Translations under genes and position numbers: made by a program
NCBI GenBank assembly: GCA_963558405.1
Contig: CAUWGC010000010.1
Coordinates: forward strand, 9,690 to 73,689
Length of the DNA: 64,000 bases
DNA from: an uncultured Clostridia bacterium
GTDB lineage: Bacteria > Bacillota > Clostridia > TANB77 > CAG-508
Direction of reading: 5' to 3'
Part shown: piece by piece, positions 10,462-20,619 of the stretch
Layout: each line of letters begins with the position of its first letter
Numbering within the stretch: the first letter of the stretch is position 1
The notes under the pieces: generated by a model
What the model was told of the DNA's origin: nothing
The model's input: only the letters and a program-made list of their open reading frames with translations
Databases searched by the model: none

Positions 10462-10722
10462 CTATAAAGTTGTAATACCTTTTTTTTCTGCTTTTTTAAT
10501 GCTATTTTTAAAATCAGGTGTGTTAAGATATCGGTAAACATTTTTAGCAGAAATCTCTGTATTTACTGCTAATTGTTCTACTGGTAAATCAGTGATTTCA
10601 TTTTCCTCTATATAAGATTTAAGACGGAACATTTCGCTTGTGTCTTTTGTCATGCAATTTTCGCATACGTTATTTTCAGACATATAGAAACATCCGCAAC
10701 GATCACATTTTTTAAATTCCAT
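10462..10722 (-). CDS. YvyF-like zinc-ribbon/HTH protein
   Basis: CxRCG...CxxC followed by an HTH-like segment. Confidence 0.55.
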   Translation of the reverse strand: MEFKKCDRCGCFYMSENNVCENCMTKDTSEMFRLKSYIEENEITDLPVEQLAVNTEISAKNVYRYLNTPDFKNSIKKAEKKGITTL

Positions 10723-10860
10723 ATATTTTACCTCCTGTTATTTCTGCTAAAAATTGATATAATTTTTGCTATGGTATGTATTGTATCATAAAAAAGAAGA
10801 AAGATAAAGAGAAAATAAAAATTTTTAAAAAACTATTGATAAATCATAAAATTTATATAT

Positions 10861-10879
10861 AATAATGATAATCATTATC
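10861..10879 (+). promoter_or_regulatory. Fur/Per box overlapping the -10 of the perR-rubrerythrin promoter
   Basis: AATAATGATAATCATTATC matches 18/19 of the classical Fur box GATAATGATAATCATTATC. TTGATA at 10836 and TATAAT at 10858. Confidence 0.8.
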
Positions 10880-10894
10880 ATTTAAGAGGAAAAT

Positions 10895-11284
10895 ATGAAA
10901 AAGTTTAGCAAACAAAGACAATGTATAATAGAAAATTTAAAGAATAGAAAAGATCATCCAACAGCTGAAAGCTTATATTTAGATTTAAAAAAAGAGATGC
11001 CTAATATTGGTATTGCAACAGTTTATCGTAATTTATCAGAGTTATGTGAAGAGGGAATGGTACTAAAAATTAAATCTAATATAGGTCCAGATAGGTTTGA
11101 TGGAAATGTTATGCCACATATTCACTTTATATGTGAAAAGTGTGGAAAAGTAAATGATGTTTTTATAAATGAAGATGAATTAAATATATCTGATAAAGTA
11201 AAAGATTATATATGTAATGAACTTGGGGGTATTATAAATACATCTACAATTTCTTTAAATGGAATTTGCAAAAACTGCAAATGA
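10895..11284 (+). CDS. perR: Fur-family regulator, PerR-like
   Basis: HPTAE, ATVYRNL, RFDG, HIH, two CxxC motifs; directly upstream of rubrerythrin. Confidence 0.75.
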   Translation: MKKFSKQRQCIIENLKNRKDHPTAESLYLDLKKEMPNIGIATVYRNLSELCEEGMVLKIKSNIGPDRFDGNVMPHIHFICEKCGKVNDVFINEDELNISDKVKDYICNELGGIINTSTISLNGICKNCK

Positions 11285-11316
11285 TAATATAAAATAAAAA
11301 ATAGGAGGAATTTATA

Positions 11317-11865
11317 ATGAAAGCTTATGTATGTAAAGTGTGTGGATATGTACATTTTGGAGAGGAGGCACCAGAAAGATGTCCACAATGTGGTGCAAGT
11401 AAAGAACAATTTGTAGAAAAACAAGAAAATGGAAAAAAAGAATATGCTGATGAACACGTTATAGGTGTTGCTAAAGGTTTAGATGAAGAAATAGTAAAAG
11501 GTTTAAGAGATAATTTTATGGGAGAATGTACAGAAGTTGGTATGTATCTTGCTATGAGTCGTCAAGCTGACCGTGAAGGGTATCCAGAAATAGCTGAAGC
11601 TTTTAAAAGATATGCTTGGGAAGAGGCAGAACATGCTGCTAAATTTGCAGAGTTATTAGGAGAATTAGTATATCCAGATACAAAGAAAAATGTAATGCTA
11701 AGAGCAGAAGCAGAACAAGGTGCTTGTATGGGTAAAAAAGAAATAGCTACAAGAGCAAAACAATTAGGATATGATGCTATTCATGATACAGTACATGAAA
11801 TGTGCAAAGATGAAGCAAGACATGGAAGAGGTTTTGATGGATTACTAAAAAGATATTTTGCTTAA
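11317..11865 (+). CDS. Reverse rubrerythrin (NADH peroxidase)
   Basis: N-terminal rubredoxin (CKVCG...CPQCG) plus di-iron domain (EEAEH, DEARH). Confidence 0.92.
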   Translation: MKAYVCKVCGYVHFGEEAPERCPQCGASKEQFVEKQENGKKEYADEHVIGVAKGLDEEIVKGLRDNFMGECTEVGMYLAMSRQADREGYPEIAEAFKRYAWEEAEHAAKFAELLGELVYPDTKKNVMLRAEAEQGACMGKKEIATRAKQLGYDAIHDTVHEMCKDEARHGRGFDGLLKRYFA

Positions 11866-12058
11866 AAATATATAAAAAATAAATTCATATAAAAAGTATG
11901 CAGAATAAAAAAGTAATATTTTGCATACTTTTTAATTATATAGGATAGAAACTATGTATAGTATACGAAATAATTTTCGACAATATATATAAAATAGTTT
12001 ACTTAATAACAATATATCTGATATAATATATACAAATATTTTATTTAGGGGTAAAGTA

Positions 12059-12454
12059 ATGAGAGGATTTAGCAGAGAAAAACAATTAATACTAGAAAAT
12101 TTACAAAACAGATTAGACCAGCCAACTGCTGAAAAAATATTTATGGAATTAAAAAAAGAAAATCCAGAACTTACATTAAGTACTGTTCATAGAAATATAG
12201 AAGAACTTTGTGAAGAGGGAAAAATAATAAGAATACGAGCTAGAAGTGGGTCTGATAAATATGATGGAAAAAATATGCCTCATATTCATTTAACATGCGA
12301 AAAATGTGGAAGTGTTCAAGATGTATATCTTTATGAATTACAAATAAAAAGATTAGATAATGATATAAGAAAAATGTTAACAGAGGTAGGTTGTAAAGTA
12401 AATAAAGCAGTATTGGAAGTAGAAGGAATTTGTGAAAAATGCAATAAAAAGTAA
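12059..12454 (+). CDS. Second Fur/PerR-family regulator
   Basis: Clear paralog of 10895-11284 (ENL.NR.D.PTAE, ELCEEG, MPHIH, CEKCG). Confidence 0.88.
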   Translation: MRGFSREKQLILENLQNRLDQPTAEKIFMELKKENPELTLSTVHRNIEELCEEGKIIRIRARSGSDKYDGKNMPHIHLTCEKCGSVQDVYLYELQIKRLDNDIRKMLTEVGCKVNKAVLEVEGICEKCNKK

Positions 12455-12515
12455 TTAATGATATTAATAAAATAAAGATACTATTTTTTGAATTGGTGAA
12501 AATTTCCTAAAACTA

Positions 12516-12660
12516 TTGCAATTGTTATATTTTTTTGATATAATTATCTACGTTAAAATACGCACACAAAAATTAGTAAAAGAAGAGTGCTTGTTTTAAA
12601 CAAAGCAAGTCTTTTTTTATGTTTAACTTTTTGTGGAGGAATAACTAAAAGGAGGAATTT
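12516..12660 (+). promoter_or_regulatory. SigA promoter and structured rpsB (S2) leader
   Basis: TTGCAA-17-TATAAT, then CACAC...GTGGAG long-range pairing typical of rpsB leaders. Confidence 0.6.
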
Positions 12661-12663
12661 AAA

Positions 12664-13431
12664 ATGGCAGTAGTTGCAATGAAACAATTACTAGAAGCTG
12701 GTGTACATTTTGGACACCAAACAAGAAGATGGGATCCTAAAATGGCTGAATATATTTTTCAAGCTAGAAATGGTATCCACATTATCGATTTACAAAAAAC
12801 ATCAAAAAAATTAGACGAAGCATATAGCTTTGTTAAAGAACAAGCAGAAGAAGGAAAAACAGTTCTTTTTGTAGGAACAAAAAAACAAGCACAAGAGTGC
12901 ATGAAAGAAGCTGCTGAAAAATGCGGTATGTACTATGTTGACCAAAGATGGTTAGGTGGAATGCTTACAAACTTTGGAACAATTCAAAAAAGAATTCAAA
13001 GATTAAAAGACCTAGAAAAAATGAGCGAAGATGGTACTTTTGATGTACTACCTAAAAAAGAAGTAATTGGTCTTAAAAAAGAAATGGCTAAATTAGAAAC
13101 AAATCTTGGTGGAATTAAAGATATGCAAGAACTACCAGGAATGTTATTTGTTGTAGATCCTAAAAAAGAAAGAATTGCTATCTTAGAAGCTAAAAAATTA
13201 GGTATACCAGTAGTTGGTTTAATTGATACAAACTGTAATCCAGAAGATGTTGATTATCCAATTCCAGGTAACGATGATGCTATTCGTGCTGTTAAATTAA
13301 TTGCAGATGTAATGGCAAATGCTGTTATCGAAGGAAAACAAGGTGAAAGTTTTGAAAATGTAGAAGAACAAGCTACAGAAACAGAAGAACCAGAAAGCAT
13401 TGAAGAAGTTGTTGAAGCTTCAGAAGAATAA
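12664..13431 (+). CDS. rpsB: 30S ribosomal protein S2
   Basis: [24 protein letters not shown]. Confidence 0.99.
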   Translation: MAVVAMKQLLEAGVHFGHQTRRWDPKMAEYIFQARNGIHIIDLQKTSKKLDEAYSFVKEQAEEGKTVLFVGTKKQAQECMKEAAEKCGMYYVDQRWLGGMLTNFGTIQKRIQRLKDLEKMSEDGTFDVLPKKEVIGLKKEMAKLETNLGGIKDMQELPGMLFVVDPKKERIAILEAKKLGIPVVGLIDTNCNPEDVDYPIPGNDDAIRAVKLIADVMANAVIEGKQGESFENVEEQATETEEPESIEEVVEASEE

Positions 13432-13501
13432 AATAAAAAGTAACAAGGAGCAAGAGCGCTTTTGCTCTAGTTCCTTTTTTAAATTTTAAGGAGGAATAAA
13501 A

Positions 13502-14380
13502 ATGATTACTGCAAGTCAAGTAAAAGATTTAAGAGAAAAAACTGGTGCAGGAATGATGGACTGCAAAAAAGTATTAACAGAAACAGATGGCGACATGGAA
13601 AAAGCAATGGAACTATTAAGAGAAAGAGGAATTACAAAAGCTGCTAAAAAATCAGAACGTATTGCAGCAGAAGGATTAGTAGAATGCTATGTAACAGAAG
13701 ACGGAAAAGTTGGTGCTGTTGTAGAAGTTAATGCAGAAACAGACTTTGTTGCTAAAAACGAAGAATTCAAATCTTTTGTAGCAGGTGTTGCAAAACAAGT
13801 TGCTTTAAATAATCCAAAAGATGTTGAAGAATTATTAAATCAAAAATCAATTGTAGAACCTGACAAAACTGTATCAGAAGTTTTAACAAATAAAATAGCT
13901 ACTATTGGTGAAAATATGCATATTAGAAGATTTGTAAGATTAGAATCTAATGGATTAGTAGAAAAATATATCCATGGAGAAGGTAAAATTGGTGTATTAG
14001 TAGCAATGGAAAATGGTGATTCTACTTTAGCAAAAGATATTTGTATGCAAATTGCAGCAGCAAGACCTGAATATTTAAATAGAGAAGCTGTACCACAAGA
14101 AAAAGTAGAAAAAGAAATGGAAATACTAAAAGCACAAGCTATGAATGAAGGAAAACCAGAACAAATTGCAGAAAAAATGGTACAAGGTAGAATTGGAAAA
14201 TTCTATTCTGAAATTTGTTTATTAGAACAAGAATTTGTTAAAGATCCAGATATGAAAATTAACAAATTATTAGAATCAAAAGGTGCTACAGTTACAAACT
14301 TTGCAAGATTAGAAAAAGGTGAAGGATTAGAGAAAAAAGAAGAAAATTTTGCAGAAGAAGTAATGAAACAAATTAAATAA
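13502..14380 (+). CDS. tsf: Elongation factor Ts
   Basis: [22 protein letters not shown]. Confidence 0.99.
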   Translation: MITASQVKDLREKTGAGMMDCKKVLTETDGDMEKAMELLRERGITKAAKKSERIAAEGLVECYVTEDGKVGAVVEVNAETDFVAKNEEFKSFVAGVAKQVALNNPKDVEELLNQKSIVEPDKTVSEVLTNKIATIGENMHIRRFVRLESNGLVEKYIHGEGKIGVLVAMENGDSTLAKDICMQIAAARPEYLNREAVPQEKVEKEMEILKAQAMNEGKPEQIAEKMVQGRIGKFYSEICLLEQEFVKDPDMKINKLLESKGATVTNFARLEKGEGLEKKEENFAEEVMKQIK

Positions 14381-14469
14381 AAATATTATTAAAAAAATAT
14401 TAAAAAAAAGCTAAAAAGGTTGTCCTTTATAGCTTTTTTTTGATATAATGCTATTGTAAAATTAGTTAG

Positions 14470-15216
14470 GTGGTGATTTTTTTGATATTAAAAACAATTA
14501 CTTTTAATATATGCCATGGACAAGGTTTAGATGGAAAAGTTGATGTTAAAAGACAAGCAAGACAATTAAGAAAATATAAACCAGATATTGTTTTTTTACA
14601 AGAGGTAGATATGTATACAAAACGTTCTAATTATTCAAACGAAATTAGACTTTTTGGAAAAGAAATAGGACTTCCATATTCTTCTATGGAAAGTAATATA
14701 ACTTTAGAAGACGGATTTTATGGTGATGGAATTGTTTCTAGATTCCCAATTTCTTTTTCTGTAAATTATATTATGCCACTTGCTATAAAAGATAGTGAAC
14801 AAAGAGGAATTTTACGTAATAAAATTTCTTTTGGAACAACAAAATTAAATTTGTTTTCCGTTCATTTATCTACACATGAAAATGAAAGAATTATGTCAGC
14901 AAATGAAATTATGAAAATTATTAATAAAATAAATGATAATTCTGCAATTATTGTAGCAGGGGATTTTAATGTAGGAGTTACAAGACTTGGAAAAGGTAAA
15001 TATAAATATGAACCAAAAGAAAAATTTGAGGAATATGAAATATTAGGAGAAAAATTAAAGAAAATAAATAATAAAGAATTAACATGGTTTTCTGATTATG
15101 GAAATGCTTGTATAGATACAATGTTTTATTCTGATAATATAAAACTTGTAAAATATAAAACTATAAAAACCGAATATTCAGACCATAGTGCTGTTTATGC
15201 AGAATTTGATATTTAA
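14470..15216 (+). CDS. Endonuclease/exonuclease/phosphatase family protein
   Basis: TFNI, DIVFLQEVD, GDFN, SDH motifs; exact start uncertain. Confidence 0.88.
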   Translation: MVIFLILKTITFNICHGQGLDGKVDVKRQARQLRKYKPDIVFLQEVDMYTKRSNYSNEIRLFGKEIGLPYSSMESNITLEDGFYGDGIVSRFPISFSVNYIMPLAIKDSEQRGILRNKISFGTTKLNLFSVHLSTHENERIMSANEIMKIINKINDNSAIIVAGDFNVGVTRLGKGKYKYEPKEKFEEYEILGEKLKKINNKELTWFSDYGNACIDTMFYSDNIKLVKYKTIKTEYSDHSAVYAEFDI

Positions 15217-15232
15217 GGAGAGGGTAATAAAG

Positions 15233-16894
15233 ATGAATTCAAAAATAAAAACAACATTTAATATTGTAGCAATTATTTCAATAATATTATTTTGTTTTTC
15301 TATATGTCCGGTAACACTTCAAAATGATACTTTTTATACAATAAAAGTAGGGGAGCATATAGTTAAAAATGGAATTGATATGCAAGATCCATTTTCATGG
15401 CATGAGGGATTAGCATATACTTATCCGCATTGGTTATATGACGTAGGAATTTACCTTATATATCAAGCAGGTGGAATGCTTGGAATATATTTTTCTACAA
15501 TTATACTTGCTTGCATTCTAGGAATTGTAATATATTTAGTAAATTGTAAATTAAGTAAAAATCAATTAATATCATTTATAATGACATTAATTGTTATGTA
15601 TTTATTAAAAAACTTTATAGCAGCTAGAGCACAATTGGTAACATTTATTTTATTTGCTCTTACAATATTATGTATTGAAAAATATTTAGATACAAAGAAA
15701 AAAAGATATGCTATTGCACTTATTATTATACCAATCTTAATTGCTAATCTACATTGTGCAGTATGGCCATTCTATTTTATAATATATTTACCATATATTG
15801 TTGAATATATTATATCAGTTATTTCAGAATCAAATTTTGGAAAGAAATTTCAAATATGGAATAATAAAAGAAAAATAAAAAAAGCTATAAAAAAACAGCA
15901 AAATGATAAAGCAGAAGAATACATTAAAAAAATTGGAGAGCTTGAAGATAAAATAGAAAAAGCAAATGATAATAGATTAAAAAGAAGAAGAGAGCCATAT
16001 CGTTTAATAATAGAAAGAAAAGATGCTGCAAAAGGATTAATAATTATTTTTATCATATGTATTTTTACAGGTTTATTAACACCACTTCATGGAACACCAT
16101 ATACTTATTTATATGATACAATGCAAGGAAATACTACTAAAAGTATTAATGAACATCAGCCATTAACACTAATAAATGATAAAGAACTTATGGTACTTAT
16201 TGTTGTAATGTTAGCTATTTTAATATTTACAGATACTAAAATACATTTACGTGATTTATTTATGCTAGGTGGGTTATTACTTATGACTTTTATGAGTCAA
16301 AGACAAATGTCTATGTTCTACATTATAGGTGGATTTGTTATAACTAGATTAATTGTTGCCATTTGTGATAAATATGATAAAGAAGGAACAGAAATGGTAA
16401 TAAAATTTATTGTATCATTACCAGGAAAAATATTATTACTTGCATTTATTACTGTACTAAGCTTATATTTCTTAAGACAAGTAAGAAATGATGAATTTAT
16501 TAATGATTATTCTTATCCAGTAGCAGCTGCAGATTATATTTTAGAAAATCTTGATGTTAATAATATTAAATTATATAACGAATATAATTATGGAAGTTAT
16601 TTGATTTTTAGAGGAATACCTGTATTTATTGATTCAAGAGCAGATTTATATGCACCAGAATTTAATAAAAAAGGATTTGAAGACGGAGAGGGAAAGGATA
16701 TATTTTCAGATTATATTAATATTTCTTCAATTGGAACTTATTATGAAACTAAATTTGAACAATATGGAATTACACATTTAATTATGTATAAAAATGCAAA
16801 ATTAAATATGTTTATATCAAGAGATGAAAACTATAATGAAATATATTCAGATGACCGTTTTGTTATATATGAAAGATTAAATACAGAAGATTAG
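15233..16894 (+). CDS. Polytopic membrane protein, GT-C glycosyltransferase-like
   Basis: About 12 TM segments, NDTFYTIK, ANLH and YNYGSYLI...FIDSRADLY motifs. Start placed after the AGGAG RBS. Confidence 0.6.
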   Translation: MNSKIKTTFNIVAIISIILFCFSICPVTLQNDTFYTIKVGEHIVKNGIDMQDPFSWHEGLAYTYPHWLYDVGIYLIYQAGGMLGIYFSTIILACILGIVIYLVNCKLSKNQLISFIMTLIVMYLLKNFIAARAQLVTFILFALTILCIEKYLDTKKKRYAIALIIIPILIANLHCAVWPFYFIIYLPYIVEYIISVISESNFGKKFQIWNNKRKIKKAIKKQQNDKAEEYIKKIGELEDKIEKANDNRLKRRREPYRLIIERKDAAKGLIIIFIICIFTGLLTPLHGTPYTYLYDTMQGNTTKSINEHQPLTLINDKELMVLIVVMLAILIFTDTKIHLRDLFMLGGLLLMTFMSQRQMSMFYIIGGFVITRLIVAICDKYDKEGTEMVIKFIVSLPGKILLLAFITVLSLYFLRQVRNDEFINDYSYPVAAADYILENLDVNNIKLYNEYNYGSYLIFRGIPVFIDSRADLYAPEFNKKGFEDGEGKDIFSDYINISSIGTYYETKFEQYGITHLIMYKNAKLNMFISRDENYNEIYSDDRFVIYERLNTED

Positions 16895-16955
16895 AAAAAA
16901 AGAGAAGAATAAAAAATTATTCTTCTCTTAAAGTTAAATAAGAAAAGAGAAAAAA

Positions 16956-17447
16956 ATGAATAAAATATTAGCAAAAATAAAGAAATATTGGATTTTTATA
17001 ATAATTATATTGTTTATTTTAATTGACCAAATTACAAAAAATATGATTATTAAAATAATAGAGAAAAAAAGTATTTTAATTATTTCAGAATTTATTAAAT
17101 TAGAATTAGTAAAAAACTCTGGAGGTGCTTTTGGCATTGGAGAAGGCAATATTACAATGTTTATTATAACTAACTTTATTGTTTTAGGAGTTATTATTCG
17201 TTTTCTAATAACACAAAAAGACCAAATGGACCAAAAAACTAAAATTGTACTTAGTATTATTTTATCTGGTGGATTTAGTAATTTAATAGATAGAATATTA
17301 AGAGGATATGTTGTAGACTATGTAAAAATAGGTGAATTTCCTGTGTTTAATATAGCAGATTGTTTAATAGTAATTGGATGGATTTCTTTTTGTCTTATTA
17401 CAGCAAAATATACATGGGGAGAAATAAAGAAAAGGAAAGAAGAATAA
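16956..17447 (+). CDS. lspA: Signal peptidase II
   Basis: DQITK, NSGGAFG, NLIDR, VVDY, FNIAD. Confidence 0.95.
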   Translation: MNKILAKIKKYWIFIIIILFILIDQITKNMIIKIIEKKSILIISEFIKLELVKNSGGAFGIGEGNITMFIITNFIVLGVIIRFLITQKDQMDQKTKIVLSIILSGGFSNLIDRILRGYVVDYVKIGEFPVFNIADCLIVIGWISFCLITAKYTWGEIKKRKEE

Positions 17448-17450
17448 AAT

Positions 17451-18387
17451 ATGAAAAAAATAGTTGTACAAGAAAATGGAAAAAGGTTAGATGCTTATCT
17501 TCATGAACAAATACCAGATTTATCTAGAACCATGATTAAGAAAATGTTAGAACAAGGCAATATCATGGTAAATAAAAAAAATGTAAAACCTTCATATATT
17601 GTAAAAATACAAGATGAAATTGAAGTACAAGAGATAGAATTAAAAGAAACAGATTTAAAACCACAAGAAATTCCTCTTGAAATACTTTATGAAGATTCAG
17701 ATATATTGGTAATAAATAAACCAAAAGGAATGGTAGTTCATCCAGGGAATGGAAATCCAGAAGGTACATTGGTAAATGCTGTTCTTGCATATTGCAAAGA
17801 AAGTTTATCTGGAATTGGTGGAGAGATAAGGCCACGGAATTGTACATAGGTTAGATAAAGATACTTCTGGAGTAATCATTGTTGCTAAAAATGATAAAGC
17901 TCATATATGTATCAGTAATCAAATAAAGAACCATGAAACTAAAAAAACATATTTAGCAATGGTAAGGGGAATAGTAAAGGAAAATAATGCTACTATCCAT
18001 ATGCCTATAGGAAGAAGTACAAAAGATAGAGTAAAAATGGCAGTTGTAAAAAGTGGAAAAGATGCTATTACACATTTTAAGGTATTAGAAAGATATTCAA
18101 GCAATACTCTTTTACAAGTTGTAATAGAAACAGGTAGAACTCATCAAATTAGAGTACATATGGCAGAAATTGGACATCCAGTTATAGGTGATAGTGTTTA
18201 TTCTAATGGTAAAAATGAATATAATGTAGAAGGGCAAATGTTACATGCTTGGAAAATAGAATTTAGATTGCCTAAAAATGGAGAAAAAATGGAAATAGTA
18301 GCACCTATTCCAGAATATTTTAAAAAAATAATAGAAAGTGAAGAAAAAAAGAATGGAAGAGATACGATTACAGAAATATTTAGCTGA
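17451..18387 (+). CDS. rluD: RluA/RluD-family pseudouridine synthase; needs +1 shift at CGG 17835-17837
   Basis: S4 domain and NKPKGMVVHP. The +1 frame from 17836 gives GIVHRLDKDTSG...TGRTHQIRVH...LHA. Joined product 311 aa, in the usual lspA-rluD order. Confidence 0.93.
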
Positions 18388-19087
18388 AAATGGAGTTGCA
18401 TCAAGACGAAAATGTGAAGAATACATTTTAGAGGGAAGAATAAAAGTTAATAATAAAATAGTAGATACATTGGGAACAAAAATAATACCTAATAAAGATA
18501 TAATTGAATTTGATGGAAAACCTATAGAAAACAATAAAAAGGAAAAAGTATATATTTTATTAAATAAACCTATTGGCTATGTAACAACAGCTAAAGATCA
18601 ATTTGGAAGAGATACAGTACTGGATTTAATAAAAGGAATAAAAACAAGGATTGTTCCTGTTGGAAGACTTGATATGTATACATCAGGTGCACTTATTCTT
18701 ACAAATGATGGAGAATTTGTAAATATTATTACACATCCTAGTAACGAAGTTGAAAAAACATATACTGTAACATTAAAAGGAATTGTAACAAAGGAAGAAG
18801 TACAAAAATTAGAAAATGGAGTAGAAATAGAAGATTATAAAACAAAACCAGCAAGGGTGAAAATACTAAAAACAGATTTAGAAAAAAATATATCAAGATT
18901 AGAAATAAAAATACATGAAGGTAAAAATAGACAAGTAAGAAAAATGTGTGAAGCTATAGATAAAAAAGTTTTAGCATTGCATCGTTCTCAAATAGGAAAA
19001 ATAGGTGTAAAAGATTTAAAAATAGGAACATGGAGATATCTAAACCAAAAAGAAGTTAATAGTCTTATAAAAAAAGATTGTAAATAA
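18353..19087 (+). CDS. rluB: RsuA/RluB-family pseudouridine synthase
   Basis: RLQKYLA, SRR, VGRLD, EGKNRQVRKM. Confidence 0.9.
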   Translation: MEEIRLQKYLAENGVASRRKCEEYILEGRIKVNNKIVDTLGTKIIPNKDIIEFDGKPIENNKKEKVYILLNKPIGYVTTAKDQFGRDTVLDLIKGIKTRIVPVGRLDMYTSGALILTNDGEFVNIITHPSNEVEKTYTVTLKGIVTKEEVQKLENGVEIEDYKTKPARVKILKTDLEKNISRLEIKIHEGKNRQVRKMCEAIDKKVLALHRSQIGKIGVKDLKIGTWRYLNQKEVNSLIKKDCK

Positions 19088-19138
19088 ATATAAAAAGGAA
19101 TATAATAAAAAAGAACAAATGATTAGGAGAAACAAAAG

Positions 19139-19618
19139 ATGATAGAAAAAAAATTTATTAATGATGATTTGATTCCAGGAAGTATTGTAAATGGAACTGT
19201 TAAAAACATAAAACCATATGGAACATTTATTGAGATAGATGAAGGAATTGTGGGATTATTACACATAGAGGATACTTCTGTATCTAGAATAAAGACACCT
19301 TTTGAAAGATTTGAAATTGGACAAAAAACAAAAGTTATGATAAAATCAATAGATAGGGAACATAATAGAATATCTCTTACTTATAAAGAATTACTAGGTT
19401 CATGGGAAGAAAATATTAAAGAATATAAAGAGGGAATGGTAGTAAGAGGTATTGCAAGAGACCTAGAAAAACAAAAAAATGGAATTTTTGTTGAGCTTAA
19501 ACCAAATTTAGTCGGGTTAGCTGAATATAAAGATAATATTAAATATGGACAAGAATTAAATGTATATATAAAAAAGATAATACCAGAAAAAAAGAAAATT
19601 AAATTAATAATAAAATAA
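19139..19618 (+). CDS. Tandem S1 RNA-binding domain protein
   Basis: GTVKNIKPYGTFIEI...GLLHI...RISLT plus a second S1-like repeat. Confidence 0.85.
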   Translation: MIEKKFINDDLIPGSIVNGTVKNIKPYGTFIEIDEGIVGLLHIEDTSVSRIKTPFERFEIGQKTKVMIKSIDREHNRISLTYKELLGSWEENIKEYKEGMVVRGIARDLEKQKNGIFVELKPNLVGLAEYKDNIKYGQELNVYIKKIIPEKKKIKLIIK

Positions 19619-19634
19619 ACAAGGAGGAAATTTT

Positions 19635-20576
19635 ATGGTAGAAGATAACGAAATTAAAGCAACGGTATCACCTTTTGCAATTAGAGAAGGAGAAATTAAG
19701 ACTTTTGATGGAAAAGATGGATATGTTTCTATGAACCAAATAATGCAAAGAATTAATGCTGGACATATTAATGATTTACACTTTGCAATTATGGAAATTG
19801 TAAATGAATTTGAATTTATAACTTCTAGACAGTTATACCAAATTCTAGAATGGAAAGGTTTTGATGTAAAATCTCAAGATAAATTAAATAATAAATTAGA
19901 GCAACTTATAAAGTCTAAAATTTTAACAAGATATTATTTTAATTCAGAAGATGGAAAAGGAATTTATCGTATTTATTGTTTGGAAAAAATGGGAAAATAT
20001 TTATTAACTTCAAGAGAAATAGAATGTAAGTGGCAACCAACAGATAATGCAAAACCTGTTTCTATGATTAAAAAGAGATTAGCTGGAAATCAAACAATTA
20101 TTGCATATTTAAGAAAAGTAAAAGCATTTAATTCTTATACCGTAAAACCAGCAATTACAGCTAAAATGGCTGGTAAAGTATTTAAAGCATCAGGTGGAGT
20201 AAGATTAACTAAGAATAATAAATCTATTGATTTTATATTTGAGGTAGTAAGAAGAGAAGAAAATTGGGAAAAGAAATTTGTTGATAAAATGAGATTATAT
20301 AAAGATTTTTATGAAAACTTTATTACTATGGATTCTGGATTTCAAAATATGCCACAACTTATATTTATTTGTGAAGATGAAAAACATATGGCAGAAACTT
20401 TTAAAACTATAGTAATAAATCAAATGGAAATTCAACAAATAAAATTATATTACTCTACAGATTTAAGACAAAACAAAGAATCTTTAACAGATACTTTAGT
20501 AGAATTTGTATTAGATAAAGAAACAAATAAGTATAAGTTACAAAGTGTGGAGTTAAAATTATTAGACATCGAATAA
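19635..20576 (+). CDS. Putative replication-relaxation (Replic_Relax-like) winged-helix/nuclease-fold protein
   Basis: FITSRQL...LEQL...IYCL..MG winged-helix pattern and a C-terminal FEVVR...K...Y...LIFIC pattern; family assignment by eye only. Confidence 0.45.
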   Translation: MVEDNEIKATVSPFAIREGEIKTFDGKDGYVSMNQIMQRINAGHINDLHFAIMEIVNEFEFITSRQLYQILEWKGFDVKSQDKLNNKLEQLIKSKILTRYYFNSEDGKGIYRIYCLEKMGKYLLTSREIECKWQPTDNAKPVSMIKKRLAGNQTIIAYLRKVKAFNSYTVKPAITAKMAGKVFKASGGVRLTKNNKSIDFIFEVVRREENWEKKFVDKMRLYKDFYENFITMDSGFQNMPQLIFICEDEKHMAETFKTIVINQMEIQQIKLYYSTDLRQNKESLTDTLVEFVLDKETNKYKLQSVELKLLDIE

Positions 20577-20584
20577 CTTGTAGT

Positions 20585-20619
20585 AAATAAAAAAGAGGTT
20601 TATACCTCTTTTTTATTTA
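20585..20619. terminator. Bidirectional terminator
   Basis: AAATAAAAAAGAGGT-TTAT-ACCTCTTTTTTATTT. Confidence 0.8.

Noticed and set aside
17484-17852. AGG or CGA as additional shift codons
   Set aside because: In-frame AGG (e.g. rluD KRLD, HRLD) and CGA (e.g. accC AVRII) occur at conserved Arg positions with no frame break.
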